Made by a program: the position numbers and the translations under genes. Under the pieces are notes generated by a model. The model worked only from the letters and a program-made list of their open reading frames with translations, did not search any database and was not told the DNA's origin. A stretch of 60,733 nt of DNA, the filler included, from Nemertoderma westbladi (Eukaryota; Animalia; Xenacoelomorpha): assembly GCA_032718475.1 (NCBI GenBank). It is 3 parts of 3 records of this genome, joined end to end, with 100 filler letters (N's around TTAATTAATTAA, not from the genome) between each part and the next. Parts side by side here need not be neighbours in the genome. Positions count along the whole stretch, not along the records: positions 1 to 19,250 come from JAUCBJ010003266.1; 2 more parts are not named here. One strand, written 5' to 3'. Below are positions 1 through 12,705 of the stretch, one piece after another. How positions within the stretch are numbered: the stretch's first letter is position 1; every line of letters starts with the position of its first letter.

Positions 1-490
1 ACTAAACCTATTAGATTTACATCAACTAAACATATTCGATTTACAGCAACTAAACCTATTACATTTACAGCTACTAAACCTATTAGATTTACATCCACTA
101 AATCTATTAGATTTACAGCAACTAAACCTATTAGATTTACTGCAACTAAACCTATTAGATTTACAGCAACTAAACCTATTAGATTTACAGCAACTAAACC
201 TATTAGATTTACTGCAACTAAACCTATTAGATTTACATCAACTAAACCTATTAGATTTACTGCAACTAAACCTATTAGATTTACTGCAACTAAACCTATT
301 AGATTTACAGCAACTAAACCTATTAGATTTACAGCAACTAAACCTATTAGATTTACAGCAACTAAACCTATTAGATTTACAGCAACTAAACCTATTAGAT
401 TTACAGCAACTAAACCTATTAGATTTACAGCAACTAAACCTATTAGATATACATCATCTAAACCTATTAGATTTACAGCAACTAAACCTA
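1..490. repeat. 24-25 bp minisatellite (ACTAAACCTATTAGATTTACAGCA)n in a TAF1 intron
   Basis: About 20 tandem copies are visible; the array ends ~45 bp before the TAF1 acceptor at 536-537. Confidence 0.95.
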
Positions 491-537
491 GTATCTAGCT
501 AGATTAATCTTATCGCTACCAATCCGTTTTCTTCCAG

Positions 538-828
538 GACATGATTGAATCTGACGAGGAGGACCGGATGGACATTGGTTCGGCTCCGAAACGCCAACGA
601 GTCTCTGACCCGACCGAATCGACAGTGCCGGAGACACCGGAGTGGCGCTACGGACCTTCGCGACTGTGGTTCGATGCGATGGGAGTCCCGTCGGACGGGA
701 CGGGGTTCTCTTTCGGGATGAAACTGCGAGATAAACCGCGCCCACCGTCGCCGCCCTTTGATCCCTCGATGTACGAGATGGTGACGTTGTGCCAGTGGGA
801 GAAGGACGTTATTGTGGAACCGGACGAG
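538..828 (+). CDS. TAF1: TAF1 internal exon (first visible; gene is 5'-incomplete)
   Basis: Acceptor ttccag|GAC and donor GAG|gtacta; EWRYGPSRLWFDAMGVP and MVTLCQWEKDVI match the TAF1 N-terminal region. Confidence 0.88.
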
Positions 829-928
829 GTACTAGAGTCGGAATTATCTTATATAGTAGAGCCGCTTATAATTCTCTGTTTATATTATTTTGTTATTTGA
901 ATTCTATAAAGAAACTTTATATTTATAG

Positions 929-1381
929 GTGGATCCTTGGATCCCCGAGTTGGTTCCTCGTTCGGGTTGGGTTCCCGCGTCCGCCCACCGCACAGCCGCC
1001 GCCTACGAGGAGTTCGTCTACCGCTCCCGCGGTCTGCCCCCTCCCACCACCTCCCGATTCCCTCCCGTCAACCCCGACCTCCCGCTGCACAAACAACCCC
1101 TCCTGCACTCCGTGTTCCCCGCGGAGAATCTCGAGTTGGTTTCCGGGGAGTGGGAGCGAGACGTGATAGTGGATCCGGAGCAGATGGACTTGGTCCGGAC
1201 GGAACCGAGGGAGTTCCGACTGGATCCCAGCGACGAGAACCTGGTGCTCGGTCTCCCGGAGGACTCTCGAGGTACTGGGAGGAACGATGAGGAACCCTCG
1301 GAGAAGGAACGCGGAACCAAGAAGGAGCGGCGTTCCCGACTGGCTGGTGGTAACCGAGTCAATATCCGCGACGCCACTCAG
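929..1381 (+). CDS. TAF1: TAF1 exon
   Basis: Acceptor ttatag|GTG and donor CAG|gtactg, phase 0; GWVPASAHRTA, SVFPAENLELVSGEWERDVI and LDPSDENLVLGLPED are TAF1-like motifs. Confidence 0.9.
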
Positions 1382-1534
1382 GTACTGAGTTTATGGTTAA
1401 ATAACAACGTATACAATCTTACATTCTTGGTAATAAATATAAAAATAAATGACAAACTGAAAGAAAGTGTTAACACTACGAATGTCCGTTGTGAGTAATT
1501 GTCTTTATTTTTATTAGATTTTATTATTAGACCA

Positions 1535-2105
1535 CCGGAACGCCGATAAATTGACTTGACATAATGTAACAATTACATTATGAATTTATATTATGTAGCG
1601 AACGAGCGCAACGAGTTAGGTTTACATAATTTTTATACAACGAATTCTTTAACGCTGAATAAAGTGCCTTTTTCATCAGCTGGACAGGATACGATATGAT
1701 ACGAATGTAATTTTGAGAACATACGATATGCGATACGAAAGAGTTTCGTGTTTTTTTCGTATCGTATTTTATTTCACCGTGTTTAATTTGTATATTACAC
1801 TTAGAAACTTAAATTTATAAATCTCTAGTGTTGAATGAACACTACAGCATTACAACGACTACTGTGCGACTACTGGCTATGGCTACTACTACTGCATCCA
1901 TTAGGACTATATGTTATAACCAAACTAATTTAAGAGACCTAATAATAAATGCTTCACAATAACTATTAATTATATATTTTGATGATACGAAACGAGATAC
2001 GAAATTCGATGCGAAGAAAATACTTCAATAGGATTTCGTATCGTATCCGGGTAGTTGGTAGTTCGTAATTTTGTTACATTATGTCAACTTATCGGCGTTC
2101 TGAAC
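1535..2105. mobile_element. Degenerate inverted-repeat element (MITE-like) in a TAF1 intron
   Basis: GAACGCCGATAA..TTGACATAATGTAACAA near 1538-1572 is inverted at ~2066-2101; the interior has GGACAGGATACGAT/CGTAT motifs like the 6821-7770 element. Confidence 0.5.
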
Positions 2106-2348
2106 GCTTAATTAATCACTCTAATTGTGCAATTAGTATAATATTACATACAAATCTTAACACAATAAATTTTTACAAATTTTAACACAATAATTTTATG
2201 TGTTTTATTAATTGATTTTTGTGTTGAAATGGAAACAGGTAAATTAATTTAATTATTAATTTAATTATTAATTAATATTATAAATTAAAATAATCAAATT
2301 AATTATTATTAAAGATTTTATTAATTATGTTCATATTAACTTTATCAG

Positions 2349-3241
2349 GCGAACATTGCCCAACCCGAACCCAAACACTCCTTCAACCTCTCCAACGACG
2401 AGTTCTATATCGCCAAACAGGGCGTTGCCGAGCACACCCTCCGGGGCAGCATGGGGGGCAACGCGGCCCTCGTCCAACACAGCATACCCGCGCTCGAGCT
2501 CAGGGTCCCCTACTTCCCGACCCACATCGGCGCCCTCAAACTCAGGAAGTTCCACCGCGTGCCGCTAAAAAAGTACTCGCACGGCCCGTTGTCGTCGCCC
2601 GGGAAACACGCGGTGGCCCCGCTGGTCCGCCACATCCGTAAGATGAATCGACAACGCGAGTTGGAGCGCGCCGCGAGTGGGGGCGGCGAAATGTTCTTCA
2701 TGCGAACGCCGCAGGATCTATCGGCCACCGATGGCGACGTCGTCCTGGCGGAATATTCAGAGGAATATCCGCCGTTACTCAACCAGGTTGGCATGGCGAC
2801 CCGTCTCCACAACTACTTCCGAAGGAAACCCGGCAAGGAAGTTAAACCGAAGGATTTCGGTTTCGGCGAGTTGGTCTACGCTCATTCCTCTCCGTTCCTC
2901 GGCTCGCTGCCGCCAGGCGGTTCCCTCCAGGGGTTTAAGAACAACATGTTCCTCTCCCCGGTTTACCACCATCCGCTGTCGCACAACATCTTCCTTATCA
3001 TTCGTACGCGTTACAAGTACTACATCCGGTTGGTGGACGACGCCTTCACCGTCGGCCAACTCTGCCCGCTCATCGAGGTCCCCGCGCCCAACAGCAAGAA
3101 GGCGAGTCTGTTCGTGCGGGACCTCCTCAACGTTACGATACAGCGGATGTTCCGTCGCAGTTCCGATCAGCCCCGCCGGATACGGATGGAGGACGTCCGG
3201 AAAGCCTTCCCGCTGCACGCCGAGAGTTCTATGCGGAAACG
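2349..3241 (+). CDS. TAF1: TAF1 exon, DUF3591 / TAF7-binding central domain
   Basis: Acceptor atcag|GCG; [42 protein letters not shown]; donor CG|gttggt, phase 2. Confidence 0.95.
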
Positions 3242-6200
3242 GTTGGTACTGTTTGTGTTGCTAAGGAGACGGTTGGTAGGGTTTGTGTTGCTAAGGAGAC
3301 GGTAGGTAGGGTTTGAATTGCTAAGGAGACGGTTGGTAGGGTTTGTGTTGCTAAGGAGACGGTTGGTAGGGTTTGTGTTGCTAAGGAGACGGTTGGTAGG
3401 GTTGTGTTGCTAAGGAGACGGTTGGTAGCGTTGTGTTGCTAAGGAGACGGTTGGTAGGGTTTGAATTGCTAAGGAGGCGGTTGGTAAATTTTGTGTTGCT
3501 AAGGAGGCGGTTGGTAGGGTTTGTGTTGCTAAGGGGACGGTTGGTAGGGTTTGTGTTGCTAAGGAGACGGTTGGTAGGGTTTGAATTGCTAAGGAGACGG
3601 TTGGTAGGGTTTGTGTTGCTAAGGAGACGGTTGGTAGGGTTTGTGTTGCTAAGGAGACGGTTGGTAGGGTTGTGTTGCTAAGGAGACGGTTGGTAGTGTT
3701 TGTGTTGCTAAGGAGACGGTTGGTAGGGTTTGAATTGCTAAGGAGGCGGTTGGTAAATTTTGTGTTGCTAAGGAGACGGTTGGTAGGGTTTGTGTTGCTA
3801 AGGAGACGGTTGGTAGGGTTTGTGTTGCTAAGGAGACGGTTGGTAGGGTTTGTGTTGCTAAGGAGACGGTTGGTAGGGTTTGTGTTGCTAAGGAGACGGT
3901 TGGTAGTGTTTGTGTTGCTAAGGAAACGGTTGGTAGGGTTTGAATTGCTAAGGAGGCGGATGGTAATTTTTGTGTTGCTAAGGAGACGGTTGGTAGTGTT
4001 TGTGTTGCTAAGGAAACGGTTGGTAGGGTTTGTGTTGCTAAGGCGACGGTTGGCAGTGTTTGTGTTGCTAAGGCGACGGTTGGTAGTGTTTGTGTTGCTA
4101 AGGCGACGGTTGGTAGCGTTTGTGTTGCTAAGGAGACTGTTGGTAGGGTTTGTGTTGCTAAGGAAACGGTTGGTAGTGTTTGTGTTGCTAAGGTAACGGT
4201 TGGTAGTGTTTGTGTTTCTAAGGAGACTGTTGGTACTGTTTGTGTTGCTAAGGAAACGGTTGGTTGGGTTTGTGTTGCTAAGGTAACGGTTGGTAGGGTT
4301 TGTGTTGCTAAGGCGACGGTTGGTAGGGTTTGTGTTGCTAAGGAGACGGTTGGTAGGGTTTGTGTTGCTAAGGAAACGGTTGGTAGTGTTTGTGTTGCTA
4401 AGGAAACGGTTGGTAGCTTTTGTGTTGCTAAGGCGACGGTTGGTAGTGTTTGTGTTGCTAAGGAAACGGTTGGTAGGGTTTGTGTTGCTAAGGCGACGGT
4501 TGGTAGCGTTTGTGTTGCTAAGGCGACGGTTGGTAGCGTTTGTGTTGCTAAGGCGACGGTTGGTAGTGTTTGTGTTGCTAATGCGACGGTTGGTAGCGTT
4601 TGTGTTGCTAAGGCGACGGTTGGTAGCGTTTGTGTTGCTAAGGCGACGGTTGGTAGCGTTTGTGTTGCTAAGGCGACGGTTGGTAGCGTTTGTGTTGCTA
4701 AGGCGACGGTTGGTAGTGTTTGTGTTGCTAAGGCGACGGTTGGTAGGGTTTGTGTTGCTAAGGAAACGGTTGGTAGTGTTTGTGTTGCTAAGGCGACGGT
4801 TGGTAGCGTTTGTGTTGCTAAGGCGACGGTTGGTAGCGTTTGTGTTGCTAAGGCGACGGTTGGTTGTATTTGTGTTGCTAAGGAAACGGTTGGTTGTATT
4901 TGTGTTGCTAAGGAGACTATTGGTATGGTTTGTGTTGCTAAGGAAACGGTTGGTAGTGTTTGTGTTGCTAAGGAGACGGTTGGTAGGGTTTGTGTTGCTA
5001 AGGAAACGTTTGGTAGTGTTTGTGTTTCTAAGGAGACTGTTGGTACTGTTTATGTTGCTAAGGAAACGGTTGGTTGTATTTGTGTTGCTAAGGAAACGGT
5101 TGGTTGTATTTGTGTTGCTAAGGAGACTATTGGTATGGTTTGTGTTGCTAAGGAAACGGTTGGTAGGGTTTGTGTTGCCAAGGAAACGGTTGGTAGTGTT
5201 TGTGTTTCTAAGGAGACTGTTGGTACTGTTTATGTTGCTAAGGAAACGGTTGGTTGTATTTGTGTTGCTAAGGAGACTATTGGTATGGTTTGTGTTGCTA
5301 AGGAAACGGTTGGTAGTGTTTGTGTTGCTAAGGAAACGGTTGGTAGTGTTTGTGTTTCTAAGGAGACTGTTGGTACTGGTACTGTTTGTGTTGCTAAGGA
5401 AACGGTTGGTAGGGTTTGTGTTGCTAAGGCGACGGTTGGTAGGGTTTGTGTTGCGAAGAAGACGGTTGGTAGTGTTTGTGTTGCTAAGGCGACGGTTGAT
5501 AGCGTTTGTGTTGCTAAGGCGACGGTTGGTAGCGTTTGTGTTGCTAAGGCGACGGTTGGTACTGTTTGTGTTGCTAAGGAAACGGTTGGTAGGGTTTGTG
5601 TTGCTAAGGCGACGGTTGGAAGCGTTTGTGTTGCTAAGGCGACGGTTGATAGGGTTTGTGTTGCGAAGAAGACGGTTGGTAGCGTTTGTGTTGCTAAGGC
5701 GACGGTTGGTAGGGTTTGTGTTGCTAAGGAAACGGTTGGTAGTGTTTGTATTGCTAAGGCGACGGTTAATAGCGTTTGTGTTGCTAAGGCGACGGTTGAT
5801 AGGGTTTGTGTTGCGAAGAAGACGGTTGGTAGCGTTTGTGTTGCTAAGGCGACGGTTGATAGGGTTTGTGTTGCGAAGAAGACGGTTGGTAGCGTTTGTG
5901 TTGCTAAGGCGACGGTTGGTAGTGTTTGTGTTTCTAAGGAGACGGTTGGTAGTGTTTGTGTTGCTAAAGAGGTGGATGGTAGGGTTTGTGTTGCTAAGGA
6001 AACGGTTGGTAGTGTTTGTGTTGCTAAGGAGACGGTTGGTAGGGTTTGTGTTGCTAAAGAGACGGTTGGTAGGGTTTGTGTTGCTAAGGAAACGGTTGGT
6101 AGTGTTTGTGTTGCTAAGGAGACGGTTGGTAGAGTTTGTGTTGCTAAAGAGACGGTTGGTAGGGTTTGTTTTGCTAAGGAAACGGTTGGTAGTGTTTGTG

Positions 6201-6740
6201 TTTCTAAAGAGACTGTTGGTACTATTTATGTTGCTAAGGAAACGGTTGGTTGTATTTGTGTTGCTAAGGAAACGGTTAGTTGTATTTGTGTTGCTAAGGA
6301 GACTATTGGTATGGTTTGTGTTGCTAAGGAAACGGTTGGTAGTGTTTCTGTTACTAAGGCGACGGTTGGTAGTGTTTGTGTTGCTAAGGAAACGGTTGGT
6401 AGTGTTTGTGTTGCTAAGGAGACGGTTGGTAGTGTTTGTGTTGCTAAAGAGGTGGTTGGTAGGGTTTGTGTTGCTAAGGAAACGGTTGGTAGTGTTTGTG
6501 TTGCTAAGGAGACGGTTGGTAGGGTTTGTGTTGCTAAGGAGACTGTTGGTACTGTTTATGTTTCTAAGGAAGCGGTTGGTTGTATTTGTGTTGCTAAGGA
6601 GACTATTGGTATGGTTTGTGTTGCTAAGGAAACGGTTGGTATTGTTTGTGTTGCTAAGGAGACGGCTGGTAGTGTTTGTGTTGCTATGGAAAAGGTTGGT
6701 AGTGTTTGTGTTGCTAAGCGAAACAGTTGGTACTGTTTGT
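3235..6740. repeat. 30 bp minisatellite, ~117 copies (GGAAACGGTTGGTAGTGTTTGTGTTGCTAA)
   Basis: Directly visible; the first unit overlaps the TAF1 exon end and donor. Confidence 0.97.
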
Positions 6741-6820
6741 ATTCCTATCAGTTTTATTACATATTTTAATATTCCATATGGTATTAATTCAGTATGGTTA
6801 TTGTATTAATTAATTAAGAC

Positions 6821-7770
6821 CAGGGACAGGATTCGATATGATACGAAAACGGATTTTCGTATTTCTTATCGCAGTATTTACTTCGTATCGAATTTTGTAT
6901 CGTATCATAAAAATTGACTTCGTATCGTATAATCGAATAATAATTTTTCGTATTTCGTATCGTATTTTTGTATCTTAATATTTTGTAAATATTAATGTTT
7001 TTAGCAGTCAAACCAGAGCAGATCACACCACTTATTTATTTACATTTTTTCTCAAAATTGGTGTATAAATTAGATTACAGTTTTACTATGTCAATAAAAT
7101 GTGTAAGAAAAGAGGAGAATCGTTAATCACATTGTAATTAACTGTAGTATAATGATAAAAAAGACCACTGAAATATAATCTAATTACAGTTTAAATAAAG
7201 TTTTTAGGATAACTAATCGCGGCTACAAGGCATTGATGTTATGATAAAGGCATTCTAGTGAGAGAATAAAAGAAATAAAACATTGTTATGAAATAAAACA
7301 TAGTTTTATTCAAGTATTAGTTTGACTTCGAAATTGAAGTTTTGATTTTTTTTCCATTTTGGTCAAATTGAAAATTATTCCCTAACTAACAGTAGTTTAG
7401 GCCTACAGTATTCATACAGTGACATAGTACTATGGTAAGGCCTACTATTTGGCCGTATTGCATAACGTCTTTATGGATGTATAGCCAGAAACATTGAAAT
7501 AAAACATATTTACCTATTATTATATAGACATTTAAAAAATGATTTTCTAAGTGTAATACAAAATACAATATATACATATATTTTTACCAATTGTTAGATA
7601 AAATACGATACGAAAAAAATACGAAACATTTTTCGTATTTCGTATCGTATCTTGGATTTTTCGTATCGTATCGAATTTCTCAAAATTGCATTCGTATCGT
7701 ATCGTATCGTGAAAAATTGGTTCGTATCTTATCGTATTTTCGTATCGTATCGTATCGTATCCTGTCCCTG
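6821..7770. mobile_element. hAT-like MITE
   Basis: TIR CAGGGACAGGA...TCCTGTCCCTG; 8 bp flanks ATTAAGAC / ATTAGGAC (TSD with 1 mismatch); many subterminal CGTAT/ATACG repeats. Confidence 0.8.
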
Positions 7771-7924
7771 ATTAGGACGGGGTGTATCTATAACAAAATC
7801 AATGAGAATAATTATTATATTTAATATATTTTGTTTTTCTCACATATTTATTTTACTTTATGCGTTACGTTTTTGTTACGTTTCCGTTACATTTCCGTAA
7901 CGTTTTCACTTGTTTTCCCACCAG

Positions 7925-8150
7925 ATTGAAGCTGAGCGCCGACTTCCGTCGTACCGGAACCGCCTCCAACTGGTGGGTTCTCCGACCCGACTTCCGGTTG
8001 CCCAGCGACGAGGAACTAAAGGCCTTGCTCTCCCCCGAGCAGTGCTGCGCGTGGTACTCCATGCTGGCCACCGAACAGCGTCTCAAGGACCAAGGTTACG
8101 GGGAGAACGCGATACTCGCAGCTAACGAAGACGACGAAGATTCCAACCAG
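7925..8150 (+). CDS. TAF1: TAF1 exon
   Basis: Acceptor accag|A completes the Arg codon; (R)LKLSADFRRTG...FRLPSDEEL...SPEQCCAWYSM; donor CAG|gttgct. Confidence 0.93.
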
Positions 8151-8164
8151 GTTGCTTTACCATC

Positions 8165-8287
8165 ACGTACCGGCGTAGTGCCGCCGTAGTGCCGCCGTAA
8201 TGCCGCCGTAGTACCGGCGTAGTGCCGGTGTAGTGCCGGCGTAGTACCGGCGTACTGCCGGTGTAGTGCCGCCGTAGTACCGGCATA
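8165..8287. repeat. 11 bp minisatellite (GTAGTGCCGGC)n, left part
   Basis: Tandem copies start ~15 bp after the TAF1 donor and are interrupted by the LINE. Confidence 0.9.
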
Positions 8288-10220
8288 CTAGGATCGGCAT
8301 GCTGCATTGCAGCTGCATTTTTAAGAATGCTGTGCCGGCTTGTCAACAAAATTGCGCCGCCACAACTCCCTATCACCCATGACATTTGCTAGATCATCCG
8401 CATCTTTAAGGCCAGTGTCCTTTAAGATGCGTCTCAAGAAAGTCATGGGCTGTCCACCATGCTTATTCACTCCATGAGGCTGCCAAAGTACAAGATTATG
8501 CACTGGCTGGTCCTCACGGCGAAAGCAATGTCCTGCAAAGCGGAGGCGATTTTGTTCTAGTGTCAAGCTTGGGGGAACCAATGAGACACCTCCAATGTTA
8601 TATAGTGTCTGGTTGGAGATGTGTGCATTGTACTTGACACAATGTACCCGGCGTAGCATTCTTGTGAATGTGCCATCCAGAGATTTGGTCTCCTCAGCAG
8701 TTAGAGCCCAGCATGGACTCCCGTAGAGGAGTACTGGAACTACTGCTGCTCTAAATAATCGGACCTTAAGTTTCCGATTAATTCTAGGTGACTTCCAAAT
8801 CCTGGAAAGCCTATTCAAGGCTGCCCATGCCTTTCCCTTACGTATTCGAAGGTCCTCACCTGACTTCCGGATCCATGATCCCAGGTAACAGAAGTCGTCC
8901 ACATGCTCAAGCATACCATCCTTTGAGCTTATGCTCATCCGATCAGAGACTTGCTGAGGACTTTCAAAGTTAACTGTCAGAATTTTGGTCTTTCTGGAGT
9001 TAATAAAAAGACCAACACTAGAAGCAGCATGTTCTAATGAGCTGAGGAGCCGCTGGGCTCCCTCTAATGATTCTGAGAGTACTCCTAAGTCATCAGCAAA
9101 GTCTAGATCAGTTAGGTACTTGGCAGGATTTCCTCGACTTCTGGAGCCAGTAGGTGGAGTTATCATCACCCCATCATCATTATGATGATCTAAGGACATG
9201 CGTAGAACATAGTCAACCACAATAATGAACAAGAATGGTGCAAGTGTGTCTCCTTGGAGGACGCCCCATAACACTTCAAATGGTTCTGTGTCACCGTCAA
9301 CAGTAGACACAAATGTTGTCGAACCATCGTATACTGATCTGATTGCTGCAATAATTTCATCAGGAATCCCATATAATGAAAGTATGCTGAACATACGTGA
9401 GCGAGAGACTGAATCAAAGGCCTTGAAGAAGTCAATCAACAAAGATAACAGCCAGATGCCTGTCTTTCTTTTTTAATAACTCTTCAATTATCCTTCTAAG
9501 TGCCAAAATGGGCTCCATGGTCCCACGACCTTTACGGAACCCATTCTGATTTCCACGTAGCAGTCTCTCAATGGGATCCCTGATGCGATTTAATAGAATT
9601 CTATTGTATAGTTTTGCAGCAATCGAGATCAATGAGATTCCCCGAAAAGAACCATAGAGTGTTAGGTTGCCCTTCTTGGGAACTGGCACCAACTTATTTG
9701 TTTTCATTTCTTGTGGGACTCTTGTTGTACGGTACATGTCTACTATGATGGGATAGATGAGCTTTAAACACTCAGGTATTTTAAAGACCTCAGGGGGAAC
9801 ACCATCTACTCCACTGGCACGATTGGTCTTAATGCTCTTTGCAGCAGCTTTCACTTCTGCAAAGGAGATATCGCCAATGGGAATATCTGGGAGTACAGAC
9901 TCAGACACTTTTACTTCTATAAAGTTATCAGGCAATACCCTGTCATTATTGAGGAGCTTTTCAAAGTGGGCTTTCCAACCATTGAGGCGATCGGCTGGTG
10001 ATTCAGCCTTAACCTTGGTGGTTGGTTGGCTTTTCCGCCCAGTAAGCAGATTGATCGATTTCCATGCCTGGGATGATTGCCTGCTGTCGTCAGCATCATT
10101 GATGGCATCAACCTGTTGGTTTATTAGCTCCTGTAGATTAACAGAGTACTGCCTGTTCAGGGACCTAGATGCAGCTTTAACTGCATTCTTGGCCGCTGTA
10201 GTCTGTTTGAGTCGGGACTG
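8288..10220 (-). mobile_element. 5'-truncated RTE-clade LINE, copy 1 (reverse transcriptase; frameshift near 9432)
   Basis: RT motifs GVLQGDTLAPFLF, DLDFADDL, QNGFRKGR; 12 bp TSD AGTACCGGCATA at 8276-8287 and 10221-10232. Confidence 0.93.
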
Positions 10221-10555
10221 AGTACCGGCATAGTACCAGCGTAGTGCCGGCGTAGTGCCGCCTTAGTGCCGGCGTAGTGCCGCTGTAGTGCCGGCGTAGT
10301 GCCGCCGTAGAACCGGCATAATACGGGCGTAGTACCGGCGTGCTGCCGGCGTAGTGCCGGCGTAGTGCCACCGTAATGCCGCCGTAGTACCGGCGTAGTG
10401 GCGGTGTAGTGCCGGCGTAGTACCGGCATAGTACCGGCGTAGTGCCGGCGTAGTGCCGCCGTAGTGCCGCCGTAGAACCGGCATAGTACCGGCGTAGTGC
10501 CGCCGTAGTACCGGCGTGCTACCGGCGTAGTGCTGCCGTAGTGCCGGCGTAGTAC
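10221..10555. repeat. 11 bp minisatellite (GTAGTGCCGGC)n, right part
   Basis: About 30 copies; degenerate remnants reappear at 11351-11405. Confidence 0.92.
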
Positions 10556-10774
10556 ATTAGGGCAATGATTTTGAACATTTTTCGGCGAAGAACGAGAAAA
10601 TTTGCAAACGTCGGGATTATTTCTATGATTGTCTTCCTATAGTAGTCGTAAAAGTATTTCGCTAAGATCGCGACGTTTGCGAAGTTAAATTTGGTGTTTA
10701 CCAATACTATAGGTGGAGATTCGCAAACGTTGCGATCTTAGCGAATGTCCAAGAACATTTTTAAAAAGTAAGAA

Positions 10775-11350
10775 AATCTAGAATTTAAATTATATTTTAT
10801 ATAATGGCTCGCTTTATCACACTACAGGCTTATTTTACTTGGCTGACTTGGGTTACTTAGTGACTTGGTTTTTGGAGTGTTTTTTAGGTACTGACTGGGA
10901 TATTGGTTTCTTTTTTAGGTTGGGGTTTGTTGGTCAGGCACAAACCATAATTAAAGTAGTAATTTAACCCTAACCCTAAGTCATGAGGTTTCGTACTTTT
11001 TGCTATTGGCCATTCGGGCTATAATAGTAATGTCCCAATAATTATAGTGTTTGGGCCGCCACTATTGTAACCTGTGAGGCCCAAAGTAGTATTATTGCCG
11101 CTTCGGGCCAATAGCAAAAAATCAGAAATTCCCGAAAATTATGACTTAGGGTTAGGGTTAAATTACAGCTTTAATTATGGTTTGTGCCTGACTAACAAAC
11201 CCTACCTAACCTAAAAAACAAACCAATATCCCAGTCAGTACCTACAAAACATCCCAAAAACCAAGTCACTAAGTAACCCAAGTCAGCCAAGTAAAATAAG
11301 CCTGTAGTGTGATAAAGCCATTATATAAAATATAATTTTAATTCTAGATT
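10775..11350. mobile_element. Palindromic foldback/MITE element
   Basis: About 210 bp arms, AATCTAGAATTTAAATT...AACCCTAACCCTAAGTCAT and their reverse complement, plus an inner TTTTTGCTATTGGCC / GGCCAATAGCAAAAA pair. Confidence 0.8.
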
Positions 11351-12249
11351 AGTAGTAACGGCGTATTATTGCCGGCGTAGTAACGGCGTATTGCCGCCGT
11401 AGTACCCCCGCGACGTTCTCAACTGCGGTTAAGGTCCCGTCAAATCTCTTTATTGGCCTTAAAAAATAAAATAATTGTAATATTATATTATATTTTTATT
11501 TTTTTTGTTTTGTTTTATTGTTCAAAACAACTTTTTTCTCATTATTCCCATTCTAGTTTATTCCCACGGTTCCATATTTTAAGGAAATCCCTGAAACTAC
11601 CAATATTTTTTGATAATATTGTTGTTGTAGTAGACAATTATTATTTGTAAGGAGAGTTGATTTTTTAAAAAATATTTGGTGTTCTTTTCATGTGGACTGC
11701 TTGATATTAATCTACTGGGTAACTGTACAGTCGATTTAAGATCTCACAAAAACCCAATCCGTTTTCTAGAATATATCTGCCAAGTTCGAGCTTAAACAGA
11801 TTAATATCGTAAGTCTCCAAAAAATCTCTACTTTTGGTCTTCTTGTTGATGCCTACCAATTTTTAACTTGACAGAAACAGTCAAATGGTAACGCAGGCGA
11901 CGACAACTATTTGCCATTATTGACCCCGCCATGATCCACCAACTTCGTGGCTCGCCCCACTTTATATATCCATTTTGTTTTCTCTCAGCTTTTAGACAAA
12001 AACTACAAGTATAAAGACCTGTTCGATTGTTCCATATTATCCTGTTCATCAATCATCATTATGTCCCACGCCCTTAAATCTGCTATCCACGTAACTAAAT
12101 TTATTTTAGGTTGTATATAAATATATTTTATTAACTATAAAATTTGTAATCATTAAATTGAATATTTACCCCTCATAGGGTACACCTTTGAAAGAAAAAC
12201 AGTTACCCGTCAGTATCGATTATTATGTTAATAAAACCTATTTGACTAG

Positions 12250-12705
12250 GTAACATTGGACGACGAACTTCTGAGTAGCCCATGGAACACGACTCAAGCC
12301 TTCCTCAAGGCGCTCCAGGGCAAGTGTCTGTTAGACCTAACCGGGTCAGCAGATCCCACCGGGTGCGGTCAGGGTTTCTCCTACATCCGAGTCGCAAACA
12401 AACCCCAGAAGGAGGAGGGAGAATCGAAACCCGAACAGCGGAAGATCGTGACGGGGACCGACGCGGATCTGCGTAAACTCCCGTTGAAAGCCGCCAAACA
12501 ACTACTCCGGGACTTCGGCTTGTCCGAGGATGCGTTTAAACATCTCACTCGGTGGGAGATTATCGACGTGGTACGCACGATGTCGACGGAACAGGCTCGC
12601 CACGGTCTCGGTACCATGTCGAAGTTCGCGCGAGGAACCAAGTTCTCCACGGCGGAACATCAGGAGAAGTACCGAGAGGAGTGCCAACGGATATTCGAGT
12701 TGCAA
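12250..12705 (+). CDS. TAF1: TAF1 exon
   Basis: Acceptor actag|GTA; [49 protein letters not shown]; donor CAA|gttagt. Confidence 0.95.

Noticed and set aside
1-490. CRISPR-like appearance of the tandem arrays (here, 3235-6740 and 45638-46528)
   Set aside because: No unique spacers, no cas genes, and the context is a eukaryotic intron.
3433-6809. Long ORFs (839 aa VLLRRRLV repeats; 614 aa VCVAKETVG repeats)
   Set aside because: Products of a 30 bp intronic minisatellite; TAF1 splices cleanly around it and the array contains stops and indels.
10157-10704. ORFs with LRRHYAGTT repeats (likewise GRNCP/GIVRV ORFs at 48274-48768)
   Set aside because: Translations of 11 bp and 15 bp tandem repeats.
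10966-11161. TTAGGG/CCCTAA telomeric repeats
   Set aside because: Only two units per arm inside a palindromic element; not an interstitial telomere array.
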